Positions 29,364 to 40,636 of a stretch of DNA of 64,000 bases are shown one piece after another. Position numbers and translations under genes: made by a program. The first letter of the stretch is position 1. Every line of letters starts with the position of its first letter. The notes beneath the pieces were generated by a model. It saw only the letters and a list, made by a program, of their open reading frames with translations. It was not told the origin of the DNA and searched no databases. Origin of the DNA: Crocinitomicaceae bacterium (lineage in GTDB: Bacteria > Bacteroidota > Bacteroidia > Flavobacteriales_D > Parvicellaceae); the NCBI GenBank assembly GCA_002716065.1, contig PAZE01000048.1, positions 13-64,012 on the forward strand. Direction: 5' to 3'.

Positions 29364-31784
29364 ATGAGTGACTTTTTTGCAGAATCCAATTGGATAGATT
29401 TTTCTAGCGTAGTTGATCAGGAAACAGAATTTATTCCCTTAATATCTCCTGAAGAAGAGGATAGGATGAATACAGAAAAGGTTCCTGAGAAATTACCTAT
29501 TCTACCTTTAAGGAATAACGTGCTTTTTCCAGGAGTAGTTATGCCCATTACCGTTGGAAGAGACAAAAGCATTAAACTTATTCAAGACGCTTATAAGGGC
29601 AATAAGATTATTGGTGTTGTTTCGCAAAAAGATTCTTCTATTGAAGAGCCCAAATATGAAGATTTATACAGAGTAGGTACAGTTGCTCAGATTGTTAAGC
29701 TACTAAAAATGCCCGATGGAAGTAGTACTGCTATTTTACAGGGTAAAAAGAGAATGAGTTTGCTTGATCTTGTTCAGCCGGAACCTTATCTGATAGCTAA
29801 TGTTAAGCCTTTTGATGAAAAAAGAGAAAAGAAATTCAGTAAGGAATCATTAGCTCTTTTTGATTCGTTAAAAGACATGGCTTTAAGCATTATAAAGCAG
29901 TCTCCCAATATTCCTTCAGAGGCATCATTTGCAATTAAAAATATTGAAAGTCCTACCTTTTTGGTGAATTTCATTTCCTCACATATGCAAGCGGATGTTG
30001 CCGACAAACAAAAAATGCTTGAAAAGCCCAATGTACTAGACCGCGCAAATGCATTGCTAAAGCACTTAGATAAAGAATTACAGCTTTTAAAGCTAAAAAA
30101 TGACATTCAGTCTAGAGTTAGAGTGGATATGGACCAACAGCAAAAAGAGTATTTTCTTCATCAACAAATGAAGGAGATACAAAATGAGCTTGGAGAAAAT
30201 CCAATTCAGCAGGAAATAAATGAGCTAAGAGCAAATGCTAAAGAAAAAAAATGGGTTGATAAAGTAAAAAAGACGTTTTTAAAAGAGGTAGATAAGTTAG
30301 AAAGGATGAACCCATCTGGAGCTGAATATGGAGTTCAACTCAATTATTGTCAACTGTTATTGGATTTACCTTGGGGTGAGTATTCTAAGGATAAATTTAA
30401 CTTAAAGAGAGCGCAAAAAATTCTTGATCGAGATCACTTTGGATTGGATAAAGTTAAGGATAGGATTATTGAATACCTGGCAGTTTTGAAATTAAAAGGA
30501 GATATGAAATCTCCAATATTGTGTTTGTACGGCCCTCCTGGTGTTGGAAAAACTTCTTTGGGTAAATCTGTTGCAGAAGCAATAGGTAGAGAATACATTC
30601 GAATGTCTCTTGGTGGTTTGCATGATGAGTCAGAAGTAAGGGGTCATAGAAAAACCTATATTGGGGCAATGCCAGGAAAAATTATTTCAAACATTAAAAA
30701 AGCTGGTAAGTCAAACCCCGTTTTTGTTTTGGATGAAATTGATAAGGTTGGTCGTTCTGGTCACGGAGATCCTTCTTCGGCTTTATTAGAAGTTTTGGAT
30801 CCTGAACAAAACGATTCATTCCAAGATAATTTTGTAGACATTGAGTACGACCTTTCTAAGGTATTGTTTATAGCTACTGCCAATGAACTTTCAACCATAC
30901 AACCTGCTTTAAGGGACAGAATGGAGATTATTGAAATTAACGGCTATACCATTGAAGAGAAGCTAGAAATTGCTCGTAAGCATTTAATTCCTAAGCTGTT
31001 GTCTGATCTTGGTTTAATTGCTGGACAAATTAAATTTTCTAAGTCTGTAATTGAGAAGATCATATCTTCTTATACTAATGAGAGTGGAGTAAGAGGTTTG
31101 GAAAAACTAATAGCTAAAGTAATTCGAAACAGGGCAAAGCAAATTGCTTTTAACGAAACTTATAATGTTAACATTACGCTTTCTGATTTGCCACTTGTTT
31201 TAGGTCCAGCATTTGATAAAAACAAGTATAAAAACAATGATGTGCCTGGTGTGGTTACTGGATTAGCCTGGACACGAACAGGTGGAGATATTCTATTTAT
31301 TGAATCTTCACTTACTAAGGGGAAAGGTAAGCTTACCCTTACAGGAAACCTTGGGGATGTAATGAAAGAGTCTGCAGTAATTGCATTAGAATTTTTAAAG
31401 TCTCAACATCATCTATTAGCTATGACTCAAGATCAGATGGATGCGTTTAATATACACGTTCATGTCCCTGAAGGTGCAACTCCTAAAGATGGTCCTTCTG
31501 CTGGTGTTTCCATGCTTACTGCTTTAGCGTCATCATTTTCTAAGAAGAAAGTAAAGAAATATCTTGCTATGACTGGAGAGATAACTCTTCGAGGTGAAGT
31601 TCTTCCAGTTGGTGGAATTAAAGAGAAGATTTTAGCTGCTAAAAGAGCAGGTATTAAAGAGATTATATTACCTGCATCCAATAAAAAAGATGTTGATGAC
31701 ATCAAACCACTTTATATTAAAGGGTTAAAATTTCATTTTCTTAAAACGATGACGGAAGTTCTTCAGGTTGCTCTTGTTAATTAG
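29364..31784 (+). CDS. lon: ATP-dependent Lon protease (endopeptidase La)
   Basis: LON N-domain, Walker A GPPGVGKTS and catalytic PKDGPSAG. Confidence 0.95.
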   Translation: MSDFFAESNWIDFSSVVDQETEFIPLISPEEEDRMNTEKVPEKLPILPLRNNVLFPGVVMPITVGRDKSIKLIQDAYKGNKIIGVVSQKDSSIEEPKYEDLYRVGTVAQIVKLLKMPDGSSTAILQGKKRMSLLDLVQPEPYLIANVKPFDEKREKKFSKESLALFDSLKDMALSIIKQSPNIPSEASFAIKNIESPTFLVNFISSHMQADVADKQKMLEKPNVLDRANALLKHLDKELQLLKLKNDIQSRVRVDMDQQQKEYFLHQQMKEIQNELGENPIQQEINELRANAKEKKWVDKVKKTFLKEVDKLERMNPSGAEYGVQLNYCQLLLDLPWGEYSKDKFNLKRAQKILDRDHFGLDKVKDRIIEYLAVLKLKGDMKSPILCLYGPPGVGKTSLGKSVAEAIGREYIRMSLGGLHDESEVRGHRKTYIGAMPGKIISNIKKAGKSNPVFVLDEIDKVGRSGHGDPSSALLEVLDPEQNDSFQDNFVDIEYDLSKVLFIATANELSTIQPALRDRMEIIEINGYTIEEKLEIARKHLIPKLLSDLGLIAGQIKFSKSVIEKIISSYTNESGVRGLEKLIAKVIRNRAKQIAFNETYNVNITLSDLPLVLGPAFDKNKYKNNDVPGVVTGLAWTRTGGDILFIESSLTKGKGKLTLTGNLGDVMKESAVIALEFLKSQHHLLAMTQDQMDAFNIHVHVPEGATPKDGPSAGVSMLTALASSFSKKKVKKYLAMTGEITLRGEVLPVGGIKEKILAAKRAGIKEIILPASNKKDVDDIKPLYIKGLKFHFLKTMTEVLQVALVN

Positions 31785-31910
31785 ATCTTTAGATCGCTAT
31801 TTTTAACAATTTTGTTGTAATTCATTAATCGTTGTTAATAAGTCATTTTCATCTTTTTGTTACTTACAGAAGGATTTGCATATTTTTACCCTTAACCCAA
31901 CTATTTTTTA

Positions 31911-33773
31911 ATGGCAGAAGAAAAAGTACAATATACCGAGGATAATATTAGATCCCTTGATTGGAAAGAGCACATTAGGATGCGTCCAGGAATGTATATT
32001 GGAAAATTAGGAGATGGTTCTGCTCCTGATGATGGTATTTATGTATTGGTGAAAGAGGTTATGGATAACTCTATTGATGAGTTTGTGATGGGTAATGGGA
32101 AAAAAATCGAAATTAAAATAGACGGAGAAGAAGTTGTTATTAGAGACTATGGAAGAGGAATTCCATTGGGTAAAGTAAAAGACGTAGTTTCTAAGATGAA
32201 TACTGGTGGAAAGTATGATTCTAAGGCATTTAAAAAATCTGTTGGTCTTAATGGAGTTGGTACCAAAGCGGTTAATGCCCTTTCTACATTTTTTAAGGTT
32301 GAGTCCATTAGAGATGGTAAGTTGAAAGGGGTGGAGTTTAAAAGAGGTGAAGTTATTGAGGATTCAAAACTTGCTGATACTGAGTTATCTAACGGAACTT
32401 ATGTAAAGTTTATTCCTGACAATGAGGTCTTTAAAAAGTTTAGTTTTAGACACAACTATTTAGAGCAAATGTTTTGGAATTACTGTTATCTAAACAGGGG
32501 GCTTACTATTGATTTTAACGGAAACAAACTCATTTCTAAAAATGGATTAAAGGATTTATTAGAAAATAATATGGATGGAGATCCACTCTATCCAATAATT
32601 CATTTGGAGGGAGATGACATTGAGGTTGCTTTTACTCATGCTAGAGGATACGGTGAAGATTATTCCTCTTTTGTTAATGGGCAACATACCACTCAAGGTG
32701 GAACTCATTTAAGTGCTTTCAGAGAAGCTGTTGCCAGAGTTATTAAGGACTTTTTTAACAAATATGAACCTGTTGATATTCGACAGGGAATTGTTGCTGC
32801 TGTAAGCATAAAAGTGATTGAACCTGTTTTTGAATCTCAAACCAAAACAAAATTGGGTTCCCTGGAAATTGAACCTAATGGTAAATCTGTTCGTGCATTT
32901 GTGATGGATTTCTTAAAAGAGAAATTAGATAATTTTCTTCACAGAAATCCAGGACTGGTTCAAGATTTAGAAAATAAAATAAAGCAATCGGAAAAAGAGA
33001 GAAAAGAGCTGGCTGGAATTCGAAAAATTGCTCGAGAAAGGGCTAAAAAGTCAAGCCTTCACAACAAGAAACTTAGAGATTGTAAGATTCATTATAACGA
33101 CATAAAAAATGATAGAAGAGCAGAAACATCCATTTTCATCACTGAGGGTGATTCTGCAAGTGGATCTATCACTAAATGCAGAGACGTAAAAACACAAGCT
33201 GTTTTTAGTCTAAGAGGAAAACCTTTAAATTCCTTTGGTTTAACAAAAAAAGTTGTTTACGAAAACGAGGAATTTAATCTTATTCAGGCTGCTCTGAACA
33301 TTGAAGAAGATATGGAATCCTTACGTTATAATAAAATAATTATTGCTACCGATGCTGATGTTGATGGTATGCACATTAGGCTATTGTTACTTACCTTTTT
33401 TCTTCGCTTTTTTCCTGATTTAGTAAAGAAAAAGCACGTCTACATTTTACAGACACCTTTGTTTAGAGTTCGTAATAAAAAAGAAACTAGATATTGCTAT
33501 TCTGATGAAGAAAAGAAAAAGGCTTTAAAAGAGCTAGGTGCTAAACCAGAAATAACAAGATTTAAAGGTTTAGGAGAAATTTCTCCAGATGAATTTAAGT
33601 TTTTTATTGGTGAGGATATGCGATTAGAGCCTGTTCTTTTAACTAAAGAGCACTCAATTGAAGAAATTCTCACCTTTTATATGGGAAAAAATACTCCAAA
33701 TAGACAGGATTTTATTATAGAAAATCTTAAAGTTGAAGAAGATATAATTGAAGATCAAGTGATAGAGGAATAG
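31911..33773 (+). CDS. parE: DNA topoisomerase IV subunit B (type IIA topoisomerase ATPase subunit)
   Basis: GHKL ATPase motifs, Toprim (EGDSA) and PLRGK-like motif. At 620 aa it is short for GyrB, and it sits directly upstream of the A subunit. Confidence 0.8.
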   Translation: MAEEKVQYTEDNIRSLDWKEHIRMRPGMYIGKLGDGSAPDDGIYVLVKEVMDNSIDEFVMGNGKKIEIKIDGEEVVIRDYGRGIPLGKVKDVVSKMNTGGKYDSKAFKKSVGLNGVGTKAVNALSTFFKVESIRDGKLKGVEFKRGEVIEDSKLADTELSNGTYVKFIPDNEVFKKFSFRHNYLEQMFWNYCYLNRGLTIDFNGNKLISKNGLKDLLENNMDGDPLYPIIHLEGDDIEVAFTHARGYGEDYSSFVNGQHTTQGGTHLSAFREAVARVIKDFFNKYEPVDIRQGIVAAVSIKVIEPVFESQTKTKLGSLEIEPNGKSVRAFVMDFLKEKLDNFLHRNPGLVQDLENKIKQSEKERKELAGIRKIARERAKKSSLHNKKLRDCKIHYNDIKNDRRAETSIFITEGDSASGSITKCRDVKTQAVFSLRGKPLNSFGLTKKVVYENEEFNLIQAALNIEEDMESLRYNKIIIATDADVDGMHIRLLLLTFFLRFFPDLVKKKHVYILQTPLFRVRNKKETRYCYSDEEKKKALKELGAKPEITRFKGLGEISPDEFKFFIGEDMRLEPVLLTKEHSIEEILTFYMGKNTPNRQDFIIENLKVEEDIIEDQVIEE

Positions 33774-33775
33774 TT

Positions 33776-36514
33776 ATGAGTAATGAAGATTTAGAGGCAA
33801 ATAAACTACCAAACGAAAGTGTGCATAATGACGGGCAGGATTTTTTAAATCCTGATCAAATTATTTCGCTTTCAGGAATGTATAAAGAATGGTTTTTAGA
33901 TTATGCTTCATACGTGATTTTAGAGAGAGCTGTTCCTGCTCTGGAAGATGGGTTAAAACCTGTTCAACGTAGAATATTACACTCCTTAAACGAATTAGAT
34001 GATGGTAGATACAATAAAGTTGCCAATGTAATTGGTAATACAATGAAATACCATCCTCATGGTGATGCATCAATAGGGGATGCAATGGTTCAAATCGGCC
34101 AAAAAGACTTGCTAATTGACTGTCAGGGTAACTGGGGAAATACATTAACTGGTGATGGTGCTGCAGCTCCAAGGTACATTGAGGCCAGATTAACAAAATT
34201 AGGTAAGCATATTTTATTTAATCCTAAGACTACTACCTGGCTTAGTTCATATGATGGTAGAAATAAAGAACCACAACATTTACCTGTTAAATTTCCTTTG
34301 CTTTTAGCTCATGGTGGTGAAGGTATTGCAGTTGGGTTAGCATGTAAGTTTTTACCGCACAATTTCATTGAAATTATTGATGGATGTGTTAATTACCTGA
34401 GAGGCAAAAAAGTTGAGCTGTATCCAGATTTCATTAATGGAGGAATGGCTGATTTCACACAGTATAATGATGGTTTAAATGGTGGTAAGGTAAGAGTTAG
34501 AGCTTCTATTAAAAAAGTTAACAATAAAACATTAATGATTGATCAGATTCCTTATGGAACAACAACTGATCAGTTAATAGAATCTATTGTAAAAGCCACT
34601 GAAAAAAATAAAATTAAGGTTAAGAAAATTGAAGATAATACTTCAGCTGTAGCTGAGATATTAATTCACTTGCCAACAGGTGTTTCTCCTGATAAGATGA
34701 TTGATGCTTTATATGCATTTACCAATTGTGAAATGTCTATATCTCCGAATTCATGTATAATTGAGAATAATACACCTGTATTTTTAGGAGTTTCAGAGAT
34801 CTTAAAAAGGTCTACCGACAGAACTGTTGATTTGCTTAAGCAAGAATTAGAAATTAAGCTTAAAGAATTAGAGAATTCTTGGCATTGGCTTTCTTTAGAA
34901 AGGATTTTTATTGAAAATAGAATCTATAGAGATATTGAGGAGGAAGAAACATGGGAAGGTGTAATTAAAGCAATAGATAAAGGATTGAAGCCTCATCTTA
35001 AAATTTTAAAAAGACCTGTTGTTGAGGATGATATTATTCGTCTAACAGAGATTAAAATCAAACGAATATCTAAGTTTGATAGCTTTAAGGCAGATGAAAA
35101 TATTGCTAAAATAGAATCTCAAATTAAAGAAGTTAAAAACCATTTAGATAACCTTATTTCTTATGCTATTGACTATTTTAAGGACCTAAAAGCTAAATTT
35201 TCAGAAGGTAAAGAACGAAAGACAGAGATTAGAGTTTTTGATAGTATCTCTGCATCTAAAGTTATTGTTTCCAATAAGAAGCTCTATGTAAACAGAGATG
35301 AAGGTTTTATTGGTTGGACATCACGTAAAGATGAATTTATTTCTGAATGTTCAGATTTGGACGATATTGTGCTGTTTTTCTCCACTGGAAAAATGATGGT
35401 AACCAAAATAGCAGATAAGAAATTTGTTGGAAAAGGAATTATTCATGCTGCAGTTTGGAAAAAAGGTGATCTCAGAACAATCTATCATATGATTTATCAG
35501 CATTCTAAAGGTGGTCCTTCATATATGAAGCGATTTGCTGTAAATGCTGTAACAAGAGATAAAGAATACGATTTAACTAGTGGTGGTAAAGAGCCTAAAA
35601 TTCATTATTTCTCTGTTAACCCTAATGGTAGAAGAGAAATTGTAGCTGTTAAATTAAGACCTAGACCTAAGCTTAAAAAATTAAAATTTGATGTTGATTT
35701 TGGCGATTTAATGATAAAAGGAAGAGCATCAAAAGGAAATTTAACTACAAAGCATTTTATTTCTAAAGTTGAGCTTAAAGAAACTGGAGGTTCAACCTTA
35801 GCAGCTAGAGAAATATGGTGGGATGATGTTGTTAGAAGATTGAATAATGAGAGTAGAGGAATTTCTCTAGGCACTTTCAAGGGAGAAGATAAAATCCTAA
35901 CAATTTACCAATCAGGTCATTTTAAACTTTCTGGTTTTGAGCTGTCTAATAAATTTGATGATGATCTTATACATATTGAAAAATGGCACCCTCAACATCC
36001 TCTAGCTTGTGTTTATTACAATGGTAGTAAAGACATTTATTATGTGAAACGTTTTTTAATTGAGTCTACTTCTAAAAAAACACTCTTTATTCCTGACGAT
36101 GATAAAAGTGAGCTGACTGTTGCTTCCACTCAATATTTGCCTAAGGTTAAAATTGAGTTCAACAAAAGATTAAAAGAGACAAAAGATTTACAAGATAAAA
36201 CTGAAGAGTTAAATAAGATAATTGATGTTAAGGGTTTAAAAGCTCAAGGAAATCAATTAACCAAATTAAAAGTGAAAAGTATTTCTCTTTTACCTACAAT
36301 TGAAGGTGAACAATGGCCAAATGATGAAATTAATGATGATCAGCGGCAGTTAATTGATGATGTTTCTGATGCTGAAAATACTGTTGTCGACAAAGAAGTT
36401 ATCGGAAGTGTAAATGATGATAAAAAAGTTGAAATTGAATTGGATTTACCCCCTGAAGCTAACTCAGGTGCATCTAATGATGAGAATACTGATGGTCAAA
36501 TAAATTTATTCTAA
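33776..36514 (+). CDS. parC: DNA topoisomerase IV subunit A
   Basis: GLKPVQRRIL, HPHGD and an AAPRYIEARL-type catalytic Tyr region. 912 aa. Confidence 0.8.
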   Translation: MSNEDLEANKLPNESVHNDGQDFLNPDQIISLSGMYKEWFLDYASYVILERAVPALEDGLKPVQRRILHSLNELDDGRYNKVANVIGNTMKYHPHGDASIGDAMVQIGQKDLLIDCQGNWGNTLTGDGAAAPRYIEARLTKLGKHILFNPKTTTWLSSYDGRNKEPQHLPVKFPLLLAHGGEGIAVGLACKFLPHNFIEIIDGCVNYLRGKKVELYPDFINGGMADFTQYNDGLNGGKVRVRASIKKVNNKTLMIDQIPYGTTTDQLIESIVKATEKNKIKVKKIEDNTSAVAEILIHLPTGVSPDKMIDALYAFTNCEMSISPNSCIIENNTPVFLGVSEILKRSTDRTVDLLKQELEIKLKELENSWHWLSLERIFIENRIYRDIEEEETWEGVIKAIDKGLKPHLKILKRPVVEDDIIRLTEIKIKRISKFDSFKADENIAKIESQIKEVKNHLDNLISYAIDYFKDLKAKFSEGKERKTEIRVFDSISASKVIVSNKKLYVNRDEGFIGWTSRKDEFISECSDLDDIVLFFSTGKMMVTKIADKKFVGKGIIHAAVWKKGDLRTIYHMIYQHSKGGPSYMKRFAVNAVTRDKEYDLTSGGKEPKIHYFSVNPNGRREIVAVKLRPRPKLKKLKFDVDFGDLMIKGRASKGNLTTKHFISKVELKETGGSTLAAREIWWDDVVRRLNNESRGISLGTFKGEDKILTIYQSGHFKLSGFELSNKFDDDLIHIEKWHPQHPLACVYYNGSKDIYYVKRFLIESTSKKTLFIPDDDKSELTVASTQYLPKVKIEFNKRLKETKDLQDKTEELNKIIDVKGLKAQGNQLTKLKVKSISLLPTIEGEQWPNDEINDDQRQLIDDVSDAENTVVDKEVIGSVNDDKKVEIELDLPPEANSGASNDENTDGQINLF

Positions 36515-37263
36515 TGAAAAAAAAATTCCTATTAAGTAGTTTGCTTTTGTTTTTTAGCTATGTTTTTTGCGCTCAGGATGATTACCAAAATGATACTATT
36601 TTGTTGGAAGAAAATAGAAATTATTTAGGTTCCAATATATCACCTTTATTAATGGGAGTTTCTGCTGGTAAAGATAATTTTAACGTAAAAGTGAATTTAA
36701 GCTATAAAAGAAATTTTCGTGATAAAAATTTAAGATTTAGTTTGAATTATCTAACTGAAGGTAATGTGTCGCTTTATGATTATTTCGAACCTGTTTCTAG
36801 TACAGATACTACCTTAGTAAACCGATATTTCGACAATTCTTACAATCATTATGATTTTAGATTTGGTTTTGAGGAGCTAAGAGGCTATAATGGCACTAGA
36901 GTTCATGTTGGTGTTGATGCAATTTTGGGATATGGAACCAATAATTCCAATTATTTTGATAGGAAGTTCAATTTCGTAGATTCTACAGGGAACTATATAT
37001 TGGATACCACTTCTAACCTTATTAATTTACGTCAGGGTAGTAGAAGTTCAAATTTTCTTATAACTGGTCTAGATGTTTCTTTTGGTATTGACTGGATGTT
37101 AAATGAAAGATTCACTTTCACTTTTCAAGTTACACCACAATTTAATTATTACATCTTTTTAGACGAGAATACTCAAGATTTTCAAAATGAGTATTCAGCG
37201 TCTAAAAATTATGCAGACTTTAAACTAGGTTATTTTGATTTAATGCTTTTTTATAGGTTTTAA
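36514..37263 (+). CDS. hypothetical outer-membrane beta-barrel-like protein
   Basis: Signal peptide, C-terminal aromatic residue (…FYRF) and alternating strands. TAATG overlap with parC. Confidence 0.4.
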   Translation: MKKKFLLSSLLLFFSYVFCAQDDYQNDTILLEENRNYLGSNISPLLMGVSAGKDNFNVKVNLSYKRNFRDKNLRFSLNYLTEGNVSLYDYFEPVSSTDTTLVNRYFDNSYNHYDFRFGFEELRGYNGTRVHVGVDAILGYGTNNSNYFDRKFNFVDSTGNYILDTTSNLINLRQGSRSSNFLITGLDVSFGIDWMLNERFTFTFQVTPQFNYYIFLDENTQDFQNEYSASKNYADFKLGYFDLMLFYRF

Positions 37264-38873
37264 GCGTGTTGCTTAAGCTTAGGAGCTGCAGCTAGTATTT
37301 CCTGATTCGCATTATCAGCAAACTGATCAAAATTCTTAACAAACTGTTCAGCAAGATGATAAGCTTTTGTATCATAAGCATTTTTATCTTCCCAAGTATT
37401 TTTAGGGTTTAAAACATCGGATGGTACATTTGGGCAGGTTGTAGGCATCTGAAGACCAAAAATCTCATGCTTTTGATATTCAACGTTTTCAAGGTCACCA
37501 TTTAAAGCAGCCGTTATCATTGCTCTAGTATATTTAAGACTCATACGTTCTCCAACACCATAAGATCCTCCAGTCCAGCCAGTATTAATAAGCCAAACAT
37601 TTACATTGTTTTGAGTCATTTTTTCCCCAAGCATTTCAGCATATTTAGTTGGGTGCAAAGGTAAAAATGGAGCGCCAAAACATGCTGAAAAAGCAGTAAC
37701 TGGTTCAGTTATTCCAGCTTCAGTTCCAGCAACTTTAGCTGTGTATCCGGAAATAAAATGAAACATTGCCTGTCCTTTATTTAATTTTGAAATTGGAGGC
37801 AAAACACCAAAAGCATCTGCAGTTAAAAAGAAAATATTTTTTGGGCTAGTTCCTTTAGACCCTTCAGCAATATTGTCAATATGATTAATAGGGTAGCTAA
37901 CTCTGGTGTTTTCAGTTTTAGATTTGTCTGCAAAATCAACAGTTGACGTATTTTCAAAGAAGTTGATGTTTTCTAAAATAGCTCCAAATTTTATGGCATC
38001 CCAAATTTGAGGTTCTTTTTCTTTGGATAAATCGATGCATTTTGCATAGCATCCACCTTCAAAATTAAAAACTGAATCGTCAGCCCAACCGCGCTCATCA
38101 TCCCCAATTAATTTTCGGTTGGGATCAGCAGAAAGTGTAGTTTTACCCGTGCCAGATAAACCAAAAAATACAGCAGTATCTCCCTTTTCACCAACGTTGG
38201 CTGAGCAGTGCATTGATAAGATGTTTTTTTCGTGAGGAAGGATAAAGTTAAGTACAGAGAAAATACCTTTTTTAATTTCTCCTGTATATCCAGTTCCACC
38301 AATAATAATTAATTTTTTAGTGAAATTAATGACTGCAAAATTGTGTTGTCTTGTTCCATCTTTATCTGGATCAGCATAAAAGCCAGGAGCATTTATTATG
38401 TGCCAATCAGGATTAAAGTTTTCTAGGTCTTCATTTTTCGGAGAAATGAACATGTTGTCTGCAAAATGATTCGACCATGGATATTCATTTACAACTCTTA
38501 TATTTAGTTTAAATCTTTCATCTGAGCAAGCGTATGAATCTCTTACGAAAATATCTTTATTCTGAAGGTATGAAGTAACTTTATCATATAAGGAGTCAAA
38601 GTTCTCACTTGAAAACTTAATGTTTATATCTCCCCACCATACAGCATTTTCTGTATAGCTGTCGCAAACAATAAATCTATCTTTTGGAGATCTACCAGTA
38701 AATTCACCAGTGTCAATTGCTACTGCACCAGTATCAGAAAGAACACCCATTCCTCTTATTACTGTTTCTTCAACAAGTTCTGCAGGAGTTAAATTCCAAT
38801 AAGCGTTAGTTATATTCGAAAGACCTAATTGGTCTAAATTAGCGGTTTTGGGTCTAAGACCATATTCATTCAT
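37260..38873 (-). CDS. pckA: phosphoenolpyruvate carboxykinase (ATP)
   Basis: GLSGTGKTTLS kinase-1a motif and a full-length PckA-like sequence of 537 aa. Confidence 0.95.
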   Translation of the reverse strand: MNEYGLRPKTANLDQLGLSNITNAYWNLTPAELVEETVIRGMGVLSDTGAVAIDTGEFTGRSPKDRFIVCDSYTENAVWWGDINIKFSSENFDSLYDKVTSYLQNKDIFVRDSYACSDERFKLNIRVVNEYPWSNHFADNMFISPKNEDLENFNPDWHIINAPGFYADPDKDGTRQHNFAVINFTKKLIIIGGTGYTGEIKKGIFSVLNFILPHEKNILSMHCSANVGEKGDTAVFFGLSGTGKTTLSADPNRKLIGDDERGWADDSVFNFEGGCYAKCIDLSKEKEPQIWDAIKFGAILENINFFENTSTVDFADKSKTENTRVSYPINHIDNIAEGSKGTSPKNIFFLTADAFGVLPPISKLNKGQAMFHFISGYTAKVAGTEAGITEPVTAFSACFGAPFLPLHPTKYAEMLGEKMTQNNVNVWLINTGWTGGSYGVGERMSLKYTRAMITAALNGDLENVEYQKHEIFGLQMPTTCPNVPSDVLNPKNTWEDKNAYDTKAYHLAEQFVKNFDQFADNANQEILAAAPKLKQHA

Positions 38874-39018
38874 CTATTTTTGATTTGAATTATGGCGTAA
38901 AAGTAAATAATATAGATGGTTAATTAGACAATAATTGTTCTATTTATTCACATATTTTTTACTTATTAAAAAATTCTTATAAACTAATCTTTAATTTAAC
39001 ATTAATTAATTTTAATTT

Positions 39019-39999
39019 ATGAATTATTCCAATCTATTTAGAAAAGAGGTTTTTGTAAAACCTTCTACTTTTAAGCTTTCGCATAAAGACAAAATTCTTC
39101 TATTGGGTTCCTGTTTTACAGCAAATATATCTTCATTTTTGAACAACTTTGGTTTTGGCATTTCCTACCCATTTGGAACAATCTATAATCCTATAACTAT
39201 TGGAAATAATCTACAAAGAATACTACGTAAGAACCATTTTAATGAAACAGATGTTGTTGAAAATAATGACCGTTTTTACAGCTGGAATCATTCTAGTAAC
39301 TACAGTGCAGATAATAAGAAAGAGTTTGTTCGTTCTATAAATGATGAAATGACATCTTTAAATAGCACTCTTAAAGAATCTTCAACTATTATAATTACTC
39401 TAGGAACATCTTTTGTTTATGAGCACATCAATTATGGATTGGTAGGAAACTGTCATAAACTACCTTCAAGAGATTTTATCAAAAGAATGCTTTCTTTGGA
39501 AGAGATGCTTCACTGTTGGACAGATGTGCTTTCATCTTTAGAAAACAAAAACATTATTTTTACTGTTAGCCCTGTAAGGCATTGGTCTGACGGTGCAATT
39601 GATAACACAAGAAGTAAATCTCAACTTCACCTTTTAATTTCTAAATTGGAGGCTGAGTTTGATAACATAGCATATTTTCCAAGCTATGAGCTAATGATGG
39701 ATGAACTTAGAGATTACAGATTTTATGAAAAAGATATGTTGCACCCTTCCTACCAGGCAGTTGAGTTTATTTGGGATAAATTTGTTAATTGCTATTTTAA
39801 TACATCTACTAAAGCTGTTTTAGCTGAAGTGACAGCCATTCGTAAATCTCTTTCTCACAAGCCTTTTAATCCTAAATCAAAAAATCACCAACGATTTTTA
39901 AAAAAATGTCTTCAACAAATAAAAAATATTCAAAAGAAAACACCTCATTATTACTGGGATAAAGAAAGCAGTACAATTAAAGATCAATTAGATGATTAA
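39019..39999 (+). CDS. GSCFA family protein
   Basis: Eponymous GSCF motif (ILLLGSCFTANI). 326 aa. Confidence 0.7.
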   Translation: MNYSNLFRKEVFVKPSTFKLSHKDKILLLGSCFTANISSFLNNFGFGISYPFGTIYNPITIGNNLQRILRKNHFNETDVVENNDRFYSWNHSSNYSADNKKEFVRSINDEMTSLNSTLKESSTIIITLGTSFVYEHINYGLVGNCHKLPSRDFIKRMLSLEEMLHCWTDVLSSLENKNIIFTVSPVRHWSDGAIDNTRSKSQLHLLISKLEAEFDNIAYFPSYELMMDELRDYRFYEKDMLHPSYQAVEFIWDKFVNCYFNTSTKAVLAEVTAIRKSLSHKPFNPKSKNHQRFLKKCLQQIKNIQKKTPHYYWDKESSTIKDQLDD

Positions 40000-40636
40000 T
40001 TGTAAATTTTTCTAGAGAATTTAATTTTAAATTGGCTTTTTTACTCCATTTTGGATTGGTTCCTTTTTCAGGAATAACAATAACTTTCATTCCTGCATTT
40101 ATAGCTGCCTGCATTCCATAATTTGAATCTTCTAAAACAATACACCTGTTTTTATTCACTTCAAGCATTTCTGCAGCTGAAAGAAATACATCAGGATGTG
40201 GTTTTCCATTTTTTTCTTTTTCAGCTGAGTGAATAACACTGAAATAATCTTTAATAGACAATTTGTGAACTACAGCTTCTATGATTTTAGCTGATGATGA
40301 TGAAGCAATCGCTATTGGAATATTATTTTTTTTCAAAAGTTCAATGGTTTCAATAACTCCATTTAAAGGTTTTCCATGCTTATTAACCAATTCAATAACT
40401 TGATTTTCAATACTATTAATAACGGAGTTTACTGTGGGTTTTTTCCACTGCAATTTTTGATGCCAATAATTTACTACAGCATCAATTCTCATTCCCATGG
40501 TTTGAATACACATCTGCTCACTAAATTCAAACCCAATAGATTTGAAAACAGTCATTTCAGCTTCTCTCCATAGCGGCTCAGAATCTATTATTAAGCCGTC
40601 CATATCAAAAATGACAGCCAACTGATTTGATTTCAT
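39977..40636 (-). CDS. HAD family hydrolase (beta-phosphoglucomutase / sugar-phosphatase subfamily IA)
   Basis: DMDG motif I (IFDMDGLIIDSE), KPHPD and EDSNYG motifs. Confidence 0.8.
   Translation of the reverse strand: MKSNQLAVIFDMDGLIIDSEPLWREAEMTVFKSIGFEFSEQMCIQTMGMRIDAVVNYWHQKLQWKKPTVNSVINSIENQVIELVNKHGKPLNGVIETIELLKKNNIPIAIASSSSAKIIEAVVHKLSIKDYFSVIHSAEKEKNGKPHPDVFLSAAEMLEVNKNRCIVLEDSNYGMQAAINAGMKVIVIPEKGTNPKWSKKANLKLNSLEKFTINHLIDL

Noticed and set aside
914-39999. Several convergent gene pairs overlap at their 3' ends (914-930, 5129-5136, 9370-9373, 37260-37263, 39977-39999).
   Set aside because: This is consistent with a compact genome. The overlaps are short and involve only the last codons, so I saw no additional signal in them.
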